A stretch of DNA of 64,000 nt from an uncultured Lentisphaerales bacterium (GTDB lineage: Bacteria; Verrucomicrobiota; Lentisphaeria; JABSQK01; CAJWLW01): positions 11,221 to 75,220 of the forward strand of contig CAYWQM010000007.1 in assembly GCA_964460215.1 (NCBI GenBank), read 5' to 3'. This document shows, in pieces, positions 47,488 to 56,598 of the stretch. Below the pieces are notes generated by a model, which searched no databases, was not told the DNA's origin, and saw nothing but the letters and a program-made list of their open reading frames with translations. The position numbers and the translations under genes are program-made. Positions within the stretch are counted from its first letter, which is position 1. Each line of letters begins with the position of its first letter.

Positions 47488-48351
47488 CTACACAGCGCAC
47501 AGCAGCAACGGTACGAACAACACACCGTCGACCACACAATCGTAGTACCATTGCCGTGCTTTGGCGATCGGGAAACACACTGCAGCCGCGGCCAGATAGC
47601 CTGCAGTGCCCACCGCCACGTGGAGTTGCCAGGTACTCGCTGCAACAGTCAGCAGAAACACCGCTGCCAGCACTGCCACCGTGCCCGGGCCGCCACACAG
47701 CACAGCCAGGGAGACGACCCTGTTCTCGCAGTCGCCGTGCAAGTCACGCAGGTCACAGACGATGACATTTGCCAGCAAAATTCCCGAGACCCAAACCGTC
47801 GCGGCACCGAATCCGGTCGGCAATTCGGGCAACAGCAACAGCGGCGTGCCCATCAAGGCAACCGTGATGGCAAGCGGCGGGAAAAAGGTCTTCACAACCG
47901 GCACATCCTTGATTCGCACCGGCAGCAACGGCAGGCGCACAGAGTAGCCGACACAGGCAACGGTACCTACACTAATCGCAGCAGCAACCGGCCAGGCACC
48001 GAGCAGCAGGGGGCCGGCAAACAGCAAAAGCACCGCCGCCGCCATCAACGCTCGACGGCTGCCGGCGAATGCAGCGTCGCGTTCGACACGGCCCGGGATA
48101 TTGGTCCAATCAGCGGGATCAGCGACGGCGCGGTCGAGGTTATAGACCAGCAGGCCGGCGGCGAACCACAGCAACGGCAGCAACGGATGCAGCGATACGC
48201 CAAGGAGATGCCAGATCGTCCAGCCGAATGCAGCAATACCGATCGCGGGAATGAAGTTCAGTGCGGTAGCAGCTGTGCAAGCCGTCGCTGCCACGGCTGG
48301 CCGCTCGGTGAGAAGGTATGGCTTCCCTGCACACCTGTCGACGGCGCTCAC
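47488..48351 (-). CDS. UbiA-like prenyltransferase-family integral membrane protein (tentative).
   Basis: It has eight or nine predicted transmembrane helices. The Asp-rich segments YNLDRAVAD and CDLRDLHGD are reminiscent of UbiA motifs but degenerate. Confidence 0.35.
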   Translation of the reverse strand: MSAVDRCAGKPYLLTERPAVAATACTAATALNFIPAIGIAAFGWTIWHLLGVSLHPLLPLLWFAAGLLVYNLDRAVADPADWTNIPGRVERDAAFAGSRRALMAAAVLLLFAGPLLLGAWPVAAAISVGTVACVGYSVRLPLLPVRIKDVPVVKTFFPPLAITVALMGTPLLLLPELPTGFGAATVWVSGILLANVIVCDLRDLHGDCENRVVSLAVLCGGPGTVAVLAAVFLLTVAASTWQLHVAVGTAGYLAAAAVCFPIAKARQWYYDCVVDGVLFVPLLLCAV

Positions 48352-48755
48352 TGTTTGGAACCCGCCGTCAGCTCATGAGTTTCGTTCACAAGATTAATAG
48401 CAAGGTTTTTCAGGCGCTTGCGGTGCTGTTGCCGATGCCGCATGATCAGCAGCACATCGACAACGGCAACCAGGCACAACGCCAAGGCCAGCAGCACGCA
48501 CTTAATCCAGTAGAGAACGAACTGTGCGGTCGGCAGATCGCCCAGCTGGGCATACATGATACCGCCAAAGAGGTGGGCCAGCAGAATCAGCATCAACATG
48601 CCGCCCATCATCCGCACGAACAACTGCATGCCATGGACGATCGTGCGTTTCTTGCGCCACTTCTGAATCTCGGTCGCCATGAGGATGATAATGCCAAGCA
48701 CACCAAGCACCACACCCGTCGCCAACATGTTCTGAATCTGTTCCGGAGTGAACAT
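48348..48755 (-). CDS. Small integral membrane protein with three transmembrane helices, hypothetical.
   Basis: It is hydrophobic with good codon bias. It overlaps the downstream UbiA-like gene by 4 nt. Confidence 0.4.
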   Translation of the reverse strand: MFTPEQIQNMLATGVVLGVLGIIILMATEIQKWRKKRTIVHGMQLFVRMMGGMLMLILLAHLFGGIMYAQLGDLPTAQFVLYWIKCVLLALALCLVAVVDVLLIMRHRQQHRKRLKNLAINLVNETHELTAGSKQ

Positions 48756-48796
48756 GGCGCTGTCTTTGGTAACGTGCGAGCGCTGCTACTCTGCCC

Positions 48797-50704
48797 TTAG
48801 TGCACGTCGCTGGTTTTCACCACTCGTTTATTGACTTTCTGCACCGGAATACACTCGACCGGGCAGACATCGGCACAGGCGCCGCAGCGGATGCACTCGT
48901 TCTGGTCGATGTACAACAGGTTGTAGTCCATGGCGTTGGTTGACCGAACGTAGCCGGTGATGCGGCCGTCATCGTCGTACGTCATCTCTTTGACCTTTAC
49001 GATACAGTTGTCCACTGGCTTGACGCGCAGGCAACCGTCACAGTAAATGCATAGGTCATTGTCGATCTCGAATTTGAAATGACACAGGTAACAGCGCTTT
49101 GCCTCTTCACCGGCAGTGTCCTCGACATAACCCGTCTCGACTTCCGCGGTCAGGCTGCGCTCAGTCAACGGGATGGTCGGCATGACTTGCAACGGGATAT
49201 CATCCATCTCGCGTTTACGACCGGTGGTCTCGGCCTCTTCGATCAGTGCAACATCGGTGAGTCGAGTTTCGCCGGTGAGGTGTTCATCGACGACCCGGGC
49301 ACAGGCCTTGGCATGACCAATCGCGTCGATCAGGGTCGATGCGCCCATGGCAAAGTCGCCGGCAATGAAGACCTTCTCGACATCGGTTTCGTGCGCATCG
49401 CCACTGACCAGCCACTGCTCGTTACCGACCAGGTCCGGGCGGAAATCGTCGTCGATGAAATCGGTATCGGGGAACTGGCCAGTCGCCAGCAGCACCCAGT
49501 CGGCCGGGATTTCAAATTCGCTGCCTTCGATATTGATCGGGCGCCGACGGCCGTTTTCATCGGGTGTACCCAGCTCGGTGCGGATGAAACGGATGGCTTT
49601 CACCCTGCCCTGGTCGTCGCCGATATAGCCCACCGGGCTGACCATCGTCTCCATGAGAATATTCTCTTCCTCAAGCTCCTCCAGCTCGCCAGGGGTCACC
49701 AGCATTTCATTGGTCGAACGCCGATAATAAACACCGACCTTCTCAGCCCCCAGGCGAAACGCGGTCCGGGAGCAGTCCATAGCCGTGAACCCACCCCCAA
49801 TAACGACAACATGGCCGCTCATCTGCTCGTGCTCGAACTCATTGGCTTTCAGCAGAAAATCGAGCCCGTGCTGGATGCCCGCCAACTCGGCCCCCGGCAG
49901 ATCGAGAATGTTAGGGCGCAGGGTGCCGGCCGCCAGGATGACGGCGTCGTTGTCCGCGGTGAGTTGAGCAATCGGAATGTCCTTGCCGATCTCGGTGCTG
50001 CAGACGATTTCAACGCCACAGGCCGTGACCTGACCGATCTCGCGGTCAATCAACTCTCGCGGCAGGCGGAATTCGGGAATGCCCTGGTTCAACATGCCGC
50101 CGGGGGTCAAGTGTTTTTCGTAAACCGTCACCTGATGGCCGTACAGCGCCAGGTTGCGCGCGGCTGTCAACCCGGCCACACCGGAACCAACAACGGCAAT
50201 TTTCTTGCCGGAGTCAGGAAAAATCTTCGGCATGACTACGGGGTCCTGATTGCCGAGATCGCCGGAAGATCGCTTTGAAAAGCAAATCGCTACCGACTCG
50301 CCGTTACCTTCCCAGCCATGCCGGCATTCCGGCTCACACGGCCGGGAACACACACGCCCGAGAATCGCCGGGAATACGTTGTCTTCCAAATTGATCTTAT
50401 ACGCGCGAGCGTAGTCGCCGCGGGAAATCGCAGCCAGGTATTCAGGGATGTCGGTCCCCGCGGGGCAGGCCGTCTGACACGGTATGTTTTTTTCCAGCCA
50501 GTCGAAATCTCTCGGCTGATTGGCGTAGCCCAATGGCCGCGACAACGCCGCGTGTGCCGCGTTGCCGGATTCGACCGGAATTAAAGTCTCACTCATCAAT
50601 CGTACTCCTGACCGTATTTTTTCTACATCATGCGCAATATAACGCGATTTCGCCGCTCGGCCATCCAGTAGACCCGTCAGTTGATGGCTGTAGCGAGCAG
50701 ACAC
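48797..50704 (-). CDS. GltD-like (glutamate synthase small subunit family) FAD/NAD(P)-dependent oxidoreductase with a C-terminal 2x[4Fe-4S] ferredoxin domain.
   Basis: N-terminal Cys cluster, then VAVVGSGVAGL and VVIGGGFTAMD as dinucleotide-binding motifs. Two C-terminal Cys motifs, CIYCDGCLRVKP and CIRCGACADVCP. Confidence 0.85.
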   Translation of the reverse strand: MSARYSHQLTGLLDGRAAKSRYIAHDVEKIRSGVRLMSETLIPVESGNAAHAALSRPLGYANQPRDFDWLEKNIPCQTACPAGTDIPEYLAAISRGDYARAYKINLEDNVFPAILGRVCSRPCEPECRHGWEGNGESVAICFSKRSSGDLGNQDPVVMPKIFPDSGKKIAVVGSGVAGLTAARNLALYGHQVTVYEKHLTPGGMLNQGIPEFRLPRELIDREIGQVTACGVEIVCSTEIGKDIPIAQLTADNDAVILAAGTLRPNILDLPGAELAGIQHGLDFLLKANEFEHEQMSGHVVVIGGGFTAMDCSRTAFRLGAEKVGVYYRRSTNEMLVTPGELEELEEENILMETMVSPVGYIGDDQGRVKAIRFIRTELGTPDENGRRRPINIEGSEFEIPADWVLLATGQFPDTDFIDDDFRPDLVGNEQWLVSGDAHETDVEKVFIAGDFAMGASTLIDAIGHAKACARVVDEHLTGETRLTDVALIEEAETTGRKREMDDIPLQVMPTIPLTERSLTAEVETGYVEDTAGEEAKRCYLCHFKFEIDNDLCIYCDGCLRVKPVDNCIVKVKEMTYDDDGRITGYVRSTNAMDYNLLYIDQNECIRCGACADVCPVECIPVQKVNKRVVKTSDVH

Positions 50705-51020
50705 ATTGGCACAGAAATACGCCCGCGCAATTGCGTTAGAGCTTCAATTCAAATTACTCCGGAACTGCCGACGCAGTTTCCCCAGCGGTCAAGTGCCGGA
50801 TTCCATTGCACGGCAGCATGAATCGAGATCGCTGCAAAATCAGCAGCTGTCTCGGGCTGGCAAAGGTATTTTGCTTCATTGACCGCACGAATGCTGGCAC
50901 CGGGAGCGGCACAAGCCCTGCTGCAGCATACGCAATGGAAATGGCCGGCACTGTTTTGTTTCTTCGCAAGCCAGGTCCCGTCATCCATGACAAACCATCC
51001 TTCACCGCAATGCCGGGTAG

Positions 51021-51049
51021 TTTGACGGTGTCTGTAACTCGTTGTATAC
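51021..51049 (+). promoter_or_regulatory. Sigma70-like promoter upstream of miaB.
   Basis: TTGACG, a 17-nt spacer (gtgtctgtaactcgttg), then TATACT. It lies about 60 nt upstream of the ATG at 51111. Confidence 0.5.
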
Positions 51050-51110
51050 TATGTGTTTCTCAAAACGGACACTCTCTTCATTCTCTCACTTCTGTGCCGT
51101 GCCACAGCTC

Positions 51111-52484
51111 ATGAACAAGACTTTCGACAAGCAATACCACATCTGGACCATCGGATGCCAGATGAACGAGGCGGATTCCCGCAAGCTCGGCGCCCAGCTC
51201 GAGACACTGGGATACGGACCGACCTCGGACCCGGACGAAGCCGATGTTGTCGTGCTCAACACCTGCGTTGTCCGGCAGCAGGCGGAGAATAAGATCTACG
51301 GTCGGCTCGGCTCGCTCAAGACCATCAAGCAACGACGTCCCGACCTTGTCCTCGGGTTGATGGGGTGCCTGGTCGGCGTCAAAGAAGCGCCGGCACTGCA
51401 GGAAAAGTTTCCGTTTGTCGACGTTTTTATGTCGCCCTCTGACGGCGGACCGCTGCTCGATTACCTGCAGGAACACGATCTCTACGAAGCGGTGCTGCTG
51501 CAGGAGCAATCGAGCCGCAGCCTGCGGGATGCCATACAGAACGCCGAGAACGTCCTGCCCATCGACCAGCGCGGCGTCGCAATCACCGCGCACGTGCCTG
51601 TTGTGCTCGGCTGCTCACACGCCTGCACCTTCTGCATCATCCCGTACCGGCGCGGTGGTGAACGCAGTCGACCATCGGCCGATGTGCTGCACGAGATCGA
51701 GCTGCTCGCCGGCCAGGGCATCCGCGAAGTCATGTTGCTCGGACAAATTGTCGACCGCTATGGCCTCGATCTTGACGAGGACATCGATCTGGCCGACCTC
51801 CTGACCCGGGCCAACAATATCGACGGTATTCACCGTATCCGTTTTCTGACCAGCCATCCGAACTGGATGACCGATAAGTTGCTCGACACCGTCTCCGAGC
51901 TCGACAAGGTCTGCCCGCACCTCGAAGTTCCGGTGCAAGCCGGTAACGACGAGGTACTGGCCAACATGCGCCGTGGCTACACAAGCGACGATTACTACCG
52001 ACTCGTCGACCGCATCCGCGACCGCCTGCCGCAGGCCGCCCTCAATACCGACATCATTGTCGGTTTCTCCGGCGAAACAGACGAGCAGTTTATGGATACG
52101 TACCGCATGATGCAACGCGTACAGTTCGACAAGGTCCACATTTCCACGTACTCGCCGCGACCGAAGACGGTGGCCGTGAGAAAAATGCCGGACAACGTGA
52201 CAATAGCCGAGAAAAAGCGGCGGCGGCAAATGCTCGACGACCTGCAGAAAGAAGTTCTGACCGAGAAAAACGCCCGGTACCAGGACACATGCGTCGAAGT
52301 GCTGGTCGAGAAATACCAGAAGCAACGCTGGTACGGCCGCACTCCGGATAATCGACTGGTCTATTTCGAAGGCGGGGAAGATCTGATCGGACAACTCGTT
52401 CCGGTACAGATTGACTGGGTCGGTCCGTATTCGTTGATCGGGCAGAAACGGCTTCAAGCCAATTCCGAAGTGCTCGCCGTCTGA
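51111..52484 (+). CDS. miaB: tRNA-2-methylthio-N6-dimethylallyladenosine synthase (radical SAM methylthiotransferase).
   Basis: The MTTase N-terminal domain (IWTIGCQMNEADS), the radical SAM motif CSHACTFCIIP and a TRAM domain. Confidence 0.9.
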   Translation: MNKTFDKQYHIWTIGCQMNEADSRKLGAQLETLGYGPTSDPDEADVVVLNTCVVRQQAENKIYGRLGSLKTIKQRRPDLVLGLMGCLVGVKEAPALQEKFPFVDVFMSPSDGGPLLDYLQEHDLYEAVLLQEQSSRSLRDAIQNAENVLPIDQRGVAITAHVPVVLGCSHACTFCIIPYRRGGERSRPSADVLHEIELLAGQGIREVMLLGQIVDRYGLDLDEDIDLADLLTRANNIDGIHRIRFLTSHPNWMTDKLLDTVSELDKVCPHLEVPVQAGNDEVLANMRRGYTSDDYYRLVDRIRDRLPQAALNTDIIVGFSGETDEQFMDTYRMMQRVQFDKVHISTYSPRPKTVAVRKMPDNVTIAEKKRRRQMLDDLQKEVLTEKNARYQDTCVEVLVEKYQKQRWYGRTPDNRLVYFEGGEDLIGQLVPVQIDWVGPYSLIGQKRLQANSEVLAV

Positions 52485-52547
52485 TGATCTGTTCAGCAGA
52501 CGAATCGCGGTGTGCGGATTTTCACGATTCGATAATGTGAGGAACAA

Positions 52548-53381
52548 ATGCTCTCATTGATTGTTTCCGTACTCGCTGCCGTGGTCGCGGCGGCGGCGTT
52601 GGCCAGTGTCACCGGACTGGGCTGGGGCATTTGCCTCGGGGTCGTCGTCTTCTTCGGTATGATGATTCTGCTGAGCCGCTACTTTGGCAAGCGCCTGCAG
52701 GCCGTCGCCATGACGGTACAGGAGCGGATCACCGAAGCCCAGAGTGAAGCCCAGCGCCTGATCGGCCGATTCCAGACCAAGCCATCCTCGCAGAAAGTGA
52801 TGCAGGCCCAGGTGGAGAAAGTCATGGAAACAGGCGTGATCGACGCCCTCGCAGTCCTCGAAACTGCACAGCCCTTGTACAAATGGAACATCCTGGCCGA
52901 GCGCCAGATCAATACCTTGAAGATGCAGCTCAACTTCCAGATCAAGCGCTTCGACAAAGCTGACACGCTGATACCGAAAATCCTTGTGCTCGAACCGTTG
53001 ACAATGGCCATGAAGATGACACGCCAGTACCATAATGAAGATTTCGAGGCGTTGGAAAAAAGCTTCAAGAAAGGCATCAAAAAGTTCAAGTACGAAAAGG
53101 CACTGCTGATCTATTCGCTCTACGCGTGGACATTGATCAAGCGCAAGAAAACCGACGAAGCTCTGGATGTCCTGACCCGTGCCAAGGACAAGACCGACAG
53201 CGATGTGATCACACGCAACTGGGAACACGTCGCCAACAACAAGCTTCACCTGTTCTCAAATGCCGGAATCGGCGAGCAATGGTACGCCCTGCATCTCGAG
53301 CAGCCGCCAAAGCAGAAAGCCAGCAAGGGACAGATGAAAAAGCACCCGATGGCACCGAAAGGGCGACGGAAATTTTTCTAA
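52548..53381 (+). CDS. Hypothetical membrane protein with two N-terminal transmembrane helices, a coiled-coil region and a Lys-rich tail.
   Basis: A GAGGAA ribosome-binding site lies upstream. No recognisable catalytic motif. Its GC content is lower than its neighbours. Confidence 0.5.
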   Translation: MLSLIVSVLAAVVAAAALASVTGLGWGICLGVVVFFGMMILLSRYFGKRLQAVAMTVQERITEAQSEAQRLIGRFQTKPSSQKVMQAQVEKVMETGVIDALAVLETAQPLYKWNILAERQINTLKMQLNFQIKRFDKADTLIPKILVLEPLTMAMKMTRQYHNEDFEALEKSFKKGIKKFKYEKALLIYSLYAWTLIKRKKTDEALDVLTRAKDKTDSDVITRNWEHVANNKLHLFSNAGIGEQWYALHLEQPPKQKASKGQMKKHPMAPKGRRKFF

Positions 53382-53411
53382 GCCGCCACCGCAGATTCCC
53401 GAGGAACTGGC

Positions 53412-54440
53412 ATGCGCGTTTTAGTCACCGGTATGATCGCCGGCATGGATGACGAATCCTATATCAACCAGGTGCTGCAGATGGGGCAGGACCAGGGACT
53501 CGACATCAGCTATCACAACCTGATCAACGCCTTGGAAAGCACCGGCGGCAAGAAGCTTGACCGGCTGCTGGGTACCACGAACTACCTGTTCGAAGTCCTG
53601 CGCGAACGTGAATACCGCAAGATCGGCTTCGAACTCGAAGCGAATGATGTGACCAACGCAATTGTCCGTGCGCCGTCCACGATCGAATGGAAGCACGTCA
53701 ATATCAAACTGAAGGATCACAAGGAAATAGCGCACTTCATACGGCCCGACGTCATTGTCACCTTGATCGACGCAGAGTGGTTCATTCAGGAACGCATGCA
53801 CGATGCCCAGAAGCGCGACGAATTCTTCCAGCGTGTCAAACAACACAATTTCAGCATCCGCGAGATTCTCTCCTGGATGGATGAGGAGGTCAGCCTGTCA
53901 GAGGACTGGGCCGAGCACTTGAATGTGCGGCACTATGTCATTCCGATCGGCCAGAATCCGGACAGCCTGTTCAAGCTTGTCAAGTATCAACACGTTCCCT
54001 CCTTTTACGTCTCATACTCGATGACGCACTCGGATCCGCAGGCGCGTACCGTAGTGGACGAGACGATCGCACGGCTCAACGAATATGGCCTGGTCATCGA
54101 CCCGCAGGCCATCGAGATCGGTTCGAGCTTCGATAACCAGCGCGACAAGGAAGTGACCTTTTCCTATACCGTGCATCGGGATCTGCACTGGTTCGTCGGC
54201 AAGGTCGACGCCGTCGTTGCGATTCACCCGTACGCTCAACGCCCGCCAATGTCAACCGGCATGATGGACGAGCTCGGGCACGCCCGCGACTATCACAAGC
54301 GCCGTTACATGATCTACCCGCCGACGAACCTCAGCCCATTCACGACCGACAGCTACATCGAGCAGGGGCACATCTTCATGAACGTCGAAGAATTCTTTCT
54401 GTGCCTCGAAGCCGAAGGCTTCAAGCCCCTCGGTACCTGA
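53412..54440 (+). CDS. Hypothetical cytoplasmic protein of 342 aa.
   Basis: Clean ORF 30 nt downstream of the previous gene. I recognise no family motif beyond a possible Rossmann-like N-terminus (RVLVTGMIAG). Confidence 0.5.
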   Translation: MRVLVTGMIAGMDDESYINQVLQMGQDQGLDISYHNLINALESTGGKKLDRLLGTTNYLFEVLREREYRKIGFELEANDVTNAIVRAPSTIEWKHVNIKLKDHKEIAHFIRPDVIVTLIDAEWFIQERMHDAQKRDEFFQRVKQHNFSIREILSWMDEEVSLSEDWAEHLNVRHYVIPIGQNPDSLFKLVKYQHVPSFYVSYSMTHSDPQARTVVDETIARLNEYGLVIDPQAIEIGSSFDNQRDKEVTFSYTVHRDLHWFVGKVDAVVAIHPYAQRPPMSTGMMDELGHARDYHKRRYMIYPPTNLSPFTTDSYIEQGHIFMNVEEFFLCLEAEGFKPLGT

Positions 54441-54518
54441 AACTATTTCAGGCCTGAATGCTGAGAACTCGATCCGTACTGCAGCGACTGGGAGTATGCG
54501 GGCCGCTGCTGGTTCGCC

Positions 54519-54720
54519 TCACCATACTTTGACCGCCTCTGCCCGGGAAGCATACATCCCGGAGCGCCAGCCAATCGCCAGCGCCGAGGCTCGTGGCACA
54601 TCTGATAGCTGCTGCCGGAATGCCTTAACGACCGCGACGATCGCAACAACCGTGATCACGATCACCAGTTCCACAAGGGCAAATTTGCGAGGCACGGATA
54701 TATGGCGTGTTAGACGCATG
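54519..54720 (-). CDS. Prepilin-type N-terminal cleavage/methylation-domain protein, unusually short at 67 aa and possibly a fragment.
   Basis: MRLTRHISVPRKFALVELVIVITVVAIVAV matches the class III signal peptide and N-methylation site (F-A-L-V-E-L-hydrophobic). Confidence 0.45.
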
Positions 54721-54796
54721 CCGTGATGTATATTAGAGCGTTTGCTAAACATTTCACCAAAAATACCTGCCGCTAGATGGCAGAACCAGCCAAGCC

Positions 54797-55831
54797 ATGC
54801 ACGACATCCTCCCCAAACTATCAGAATGGCTCGAGGCCGACGAGCCATGCGCCCTGGCCACTGTCATAGAAACCTGGGGTTCGGCGCCGCGCGGCGTCGG
54901 CTCGGTAATGGGCGTCAATCGGGACATGCAGGTCACCGGCTCGGTCAGCGGCGGCTGCATCGAGGGCGCTGTCATCGATGAAGCGTTGCAGGTCATGGAC
55001 ACCGGCATTCCTCGAGAGATCGGCTATGGGGTCACCCACGAAACCGCCTGGTCAGTCGGTCTGACATGTGGCGGCAAGGTCCGTGTCTTCGTCGAACCGC
55101 ATCCGGCGCGCGCCGCCGATCCTGCCGCCCGCGAACTGTGGCAGGGACTCGCGACCGCGTTGAGTGCGAAGCAGCCAAAGGTCCTCGTCACCCGTCTCGA
55201 ACCGGACTTTGGCCACCTGCTTGTCGACCCGCACGACGGTGTCGTCGGCGACTTCGGTACCGACACCAGTGCAGTCGTGGCGTCCGCGCGTACGGCCTAC
55301 CAAGAACGGCGCAGCGGCGTGCAGGAGATCAATGGGCAGCGATTGTTCTTTCAGGTCTTCGCCCGGCGCGACCATTTGCTGATCGTCGGTGCAGCCCACA
55401 TCACCGTGCATTTGGTGGCACTGGCACAGGAAGTCGGTTTCGAAACCACAGTCATCGATCCGCGCCAGGTATTCGCCGACGAGAAACGCTTCCCGGTTCC
55501 GCCCGACCACCTGACCAGTGAATGGCCAGACACTGTGCTGGCCGATATCGATCTCAACGAAGACACCTACTCTGTTTTGTTGACACATGATCCGAAGATC
55601 GATGACCCGGCGCTGCATATCCTGCTGCGCAGCGCGGTGTCATACATCGGCGCGCTCGGCAGCAAAAAAACTCAGGCCGCACGGAACGCCCGCCTGGCAG
55701 ACGCCGGCTTTACCGAGGCCGAGATTGGCCGCATCAGTGGTCCGGCAGGCCTGCCTCTGGGCGGCCGTGCCCCGGTGGAGATCGCCCTAAGCATCATCGC
55801 CGAAGTGGTGCAGGCAAAGTATGGCAGGTAA
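54797..55831 (+). CDS. xdhC: XdhC/CoxI-family molybdenum hydroxylase maturation factor.
   Basis: The N-terminal XdhC_CoxI domain (ALATVIETWGSAPR) and the C-terminal Rossmann-like XdhC_C domain (LLIVGAAHI). Confidence 0.8.
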   Translation: MHDILPKLSEWLEADEPCALATVIETWGSAPRGVGSVMGVNRDMQVTGSVSGGCIEGAVIDEALQVMDTGIPREIGYGVTHETAWSVGLTCGGKVRVFVEPHPARAADPAARELWQGLATALSAKQPKVLVTRLEPDFGHLLVDPHDGVVGDFGTDTSAVVASARTAYQERRSGVQEINGQRLFFQVFARRDHLLIVGAAHITVHLVALAQEVGFETTVIDPRQVFADEKRFPVPPDHLTSEWPDTVLADIDLNEDTYSVLLTHDPKIDDPALHILLRSAVSYIGALGSKKTQAARNARLADAGFTEAEIGRISGPAGLPLGGRAPVEIALSIIAEVVQAKYGR

Positions 55832-56423
55832 GGGCACACAGCACGCGAAGATATCGGCCATCATCCTGGCGGCGGGAAAGTCGAGCCGCATGGGCGATTT
55901 CAAATTGCTGCTGCCGCTGGGTGACCGCACCATCATCGGCACAACCGTGGCAAACGTTCTGGGCGCGGCATTCAGCGAGACGATCGTCGTCACCGGCCAC
56001 CGGCAGGCTGACGTCACCGCGGGCCTGCCGGTCAATGTGCATACCGTTCACAATGCAGCGTTTGCCGACGGCATGTCAACCTCGCTGCAAGCCGGCGTAA
56101 AGGCTGCCCGCAGCGACACGGACGCCTACCTCTTCTGCCTCGGGGATATGCCGATGGTGAAAACGGCCACGCTGCTGGCAATCGGCCAGGCATCCGCCGG
56201 CAGCAACGCGATCATAGTACCGAATCACGACAACCGTGACGGCAATCCTGTGCTTTTCGGCTGCGACTATCGCAACGAGATCCTGCAGCTGACCGGCGAT
56301 GCCGGCGCCAAGCAGATTATCAGCGCCCACACGGGCAACGTTGTTCGTATCGATATCGATGAGCCGGGAATTTTTCAGGATATCGACACAGCAGTTGACT
56401 ATGAAGATGTGCTGGGCCAGTGA
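55821..56423 (+). CDS. MobA-like nucleotidyltransferase, molybdenum cofactor cytidylyltransferase (MocA)-like.
   Basis: AIILAAGKSSRMG is the NTP-transferase glycine-rich loop. It overlaps xdhC by 11 nt. Confidence 0.8.
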   Translation: MAGKGTQHAKISAIILAAGKSSRMGDFKLLLPLGDRTIIGTTVANVLGAAFSETIVVTGHRQADVTAGLPVNVHTVHNAAFADGMSTSLQAGVKAARSDTDAYLFCLGDMPMVKTATLLAIGQASAGSNAIIVPNHDNRDGNPVLFGCDYRNEILQLTGDAGAKQIISAHTGNVVRIDIDEPGIFQDIDTAVDYEDVLGQ

Positions 56424-56598
56424 GGCTTCGTGCTTTTGAGGCTGTCACTGCGAAAAGGCGCAAAAACGAACACAAACGGTCAGCGATCTTTTCATCGTAC
56501 TGCACGGTAAATCCCCAGAGACCGGCAGGCGGATGCTGGATCGAGACATGGCAAGGGCTTTCCCGGCTATTTCGCGTCACGCAGGTGGATGGGCCATG

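Noticed and set aside
49079-50278. A 399-aa plus-strand ORF antisense to the GltD-like oxidoreductase gene.
   Set aside because: Same reasoning. The minus-strand product has clear FAD/NAD and Fe-S motifs.
50749-51114. Small ORFs in the gltD-like/miaB divergent region: 50754-51005 (-), 50749-50988 (-) and 50806-51114 (+).
   Set aside because: None has convincing bias or motifs. The region is better explained as a divergent promoter region; the miaB promoter is at 51021-51049.
51615-52547. A 310-aa minus-strand ORF antisense to miaB.
   Set aside because: miaB motifs are unambiguous on the plus strand.
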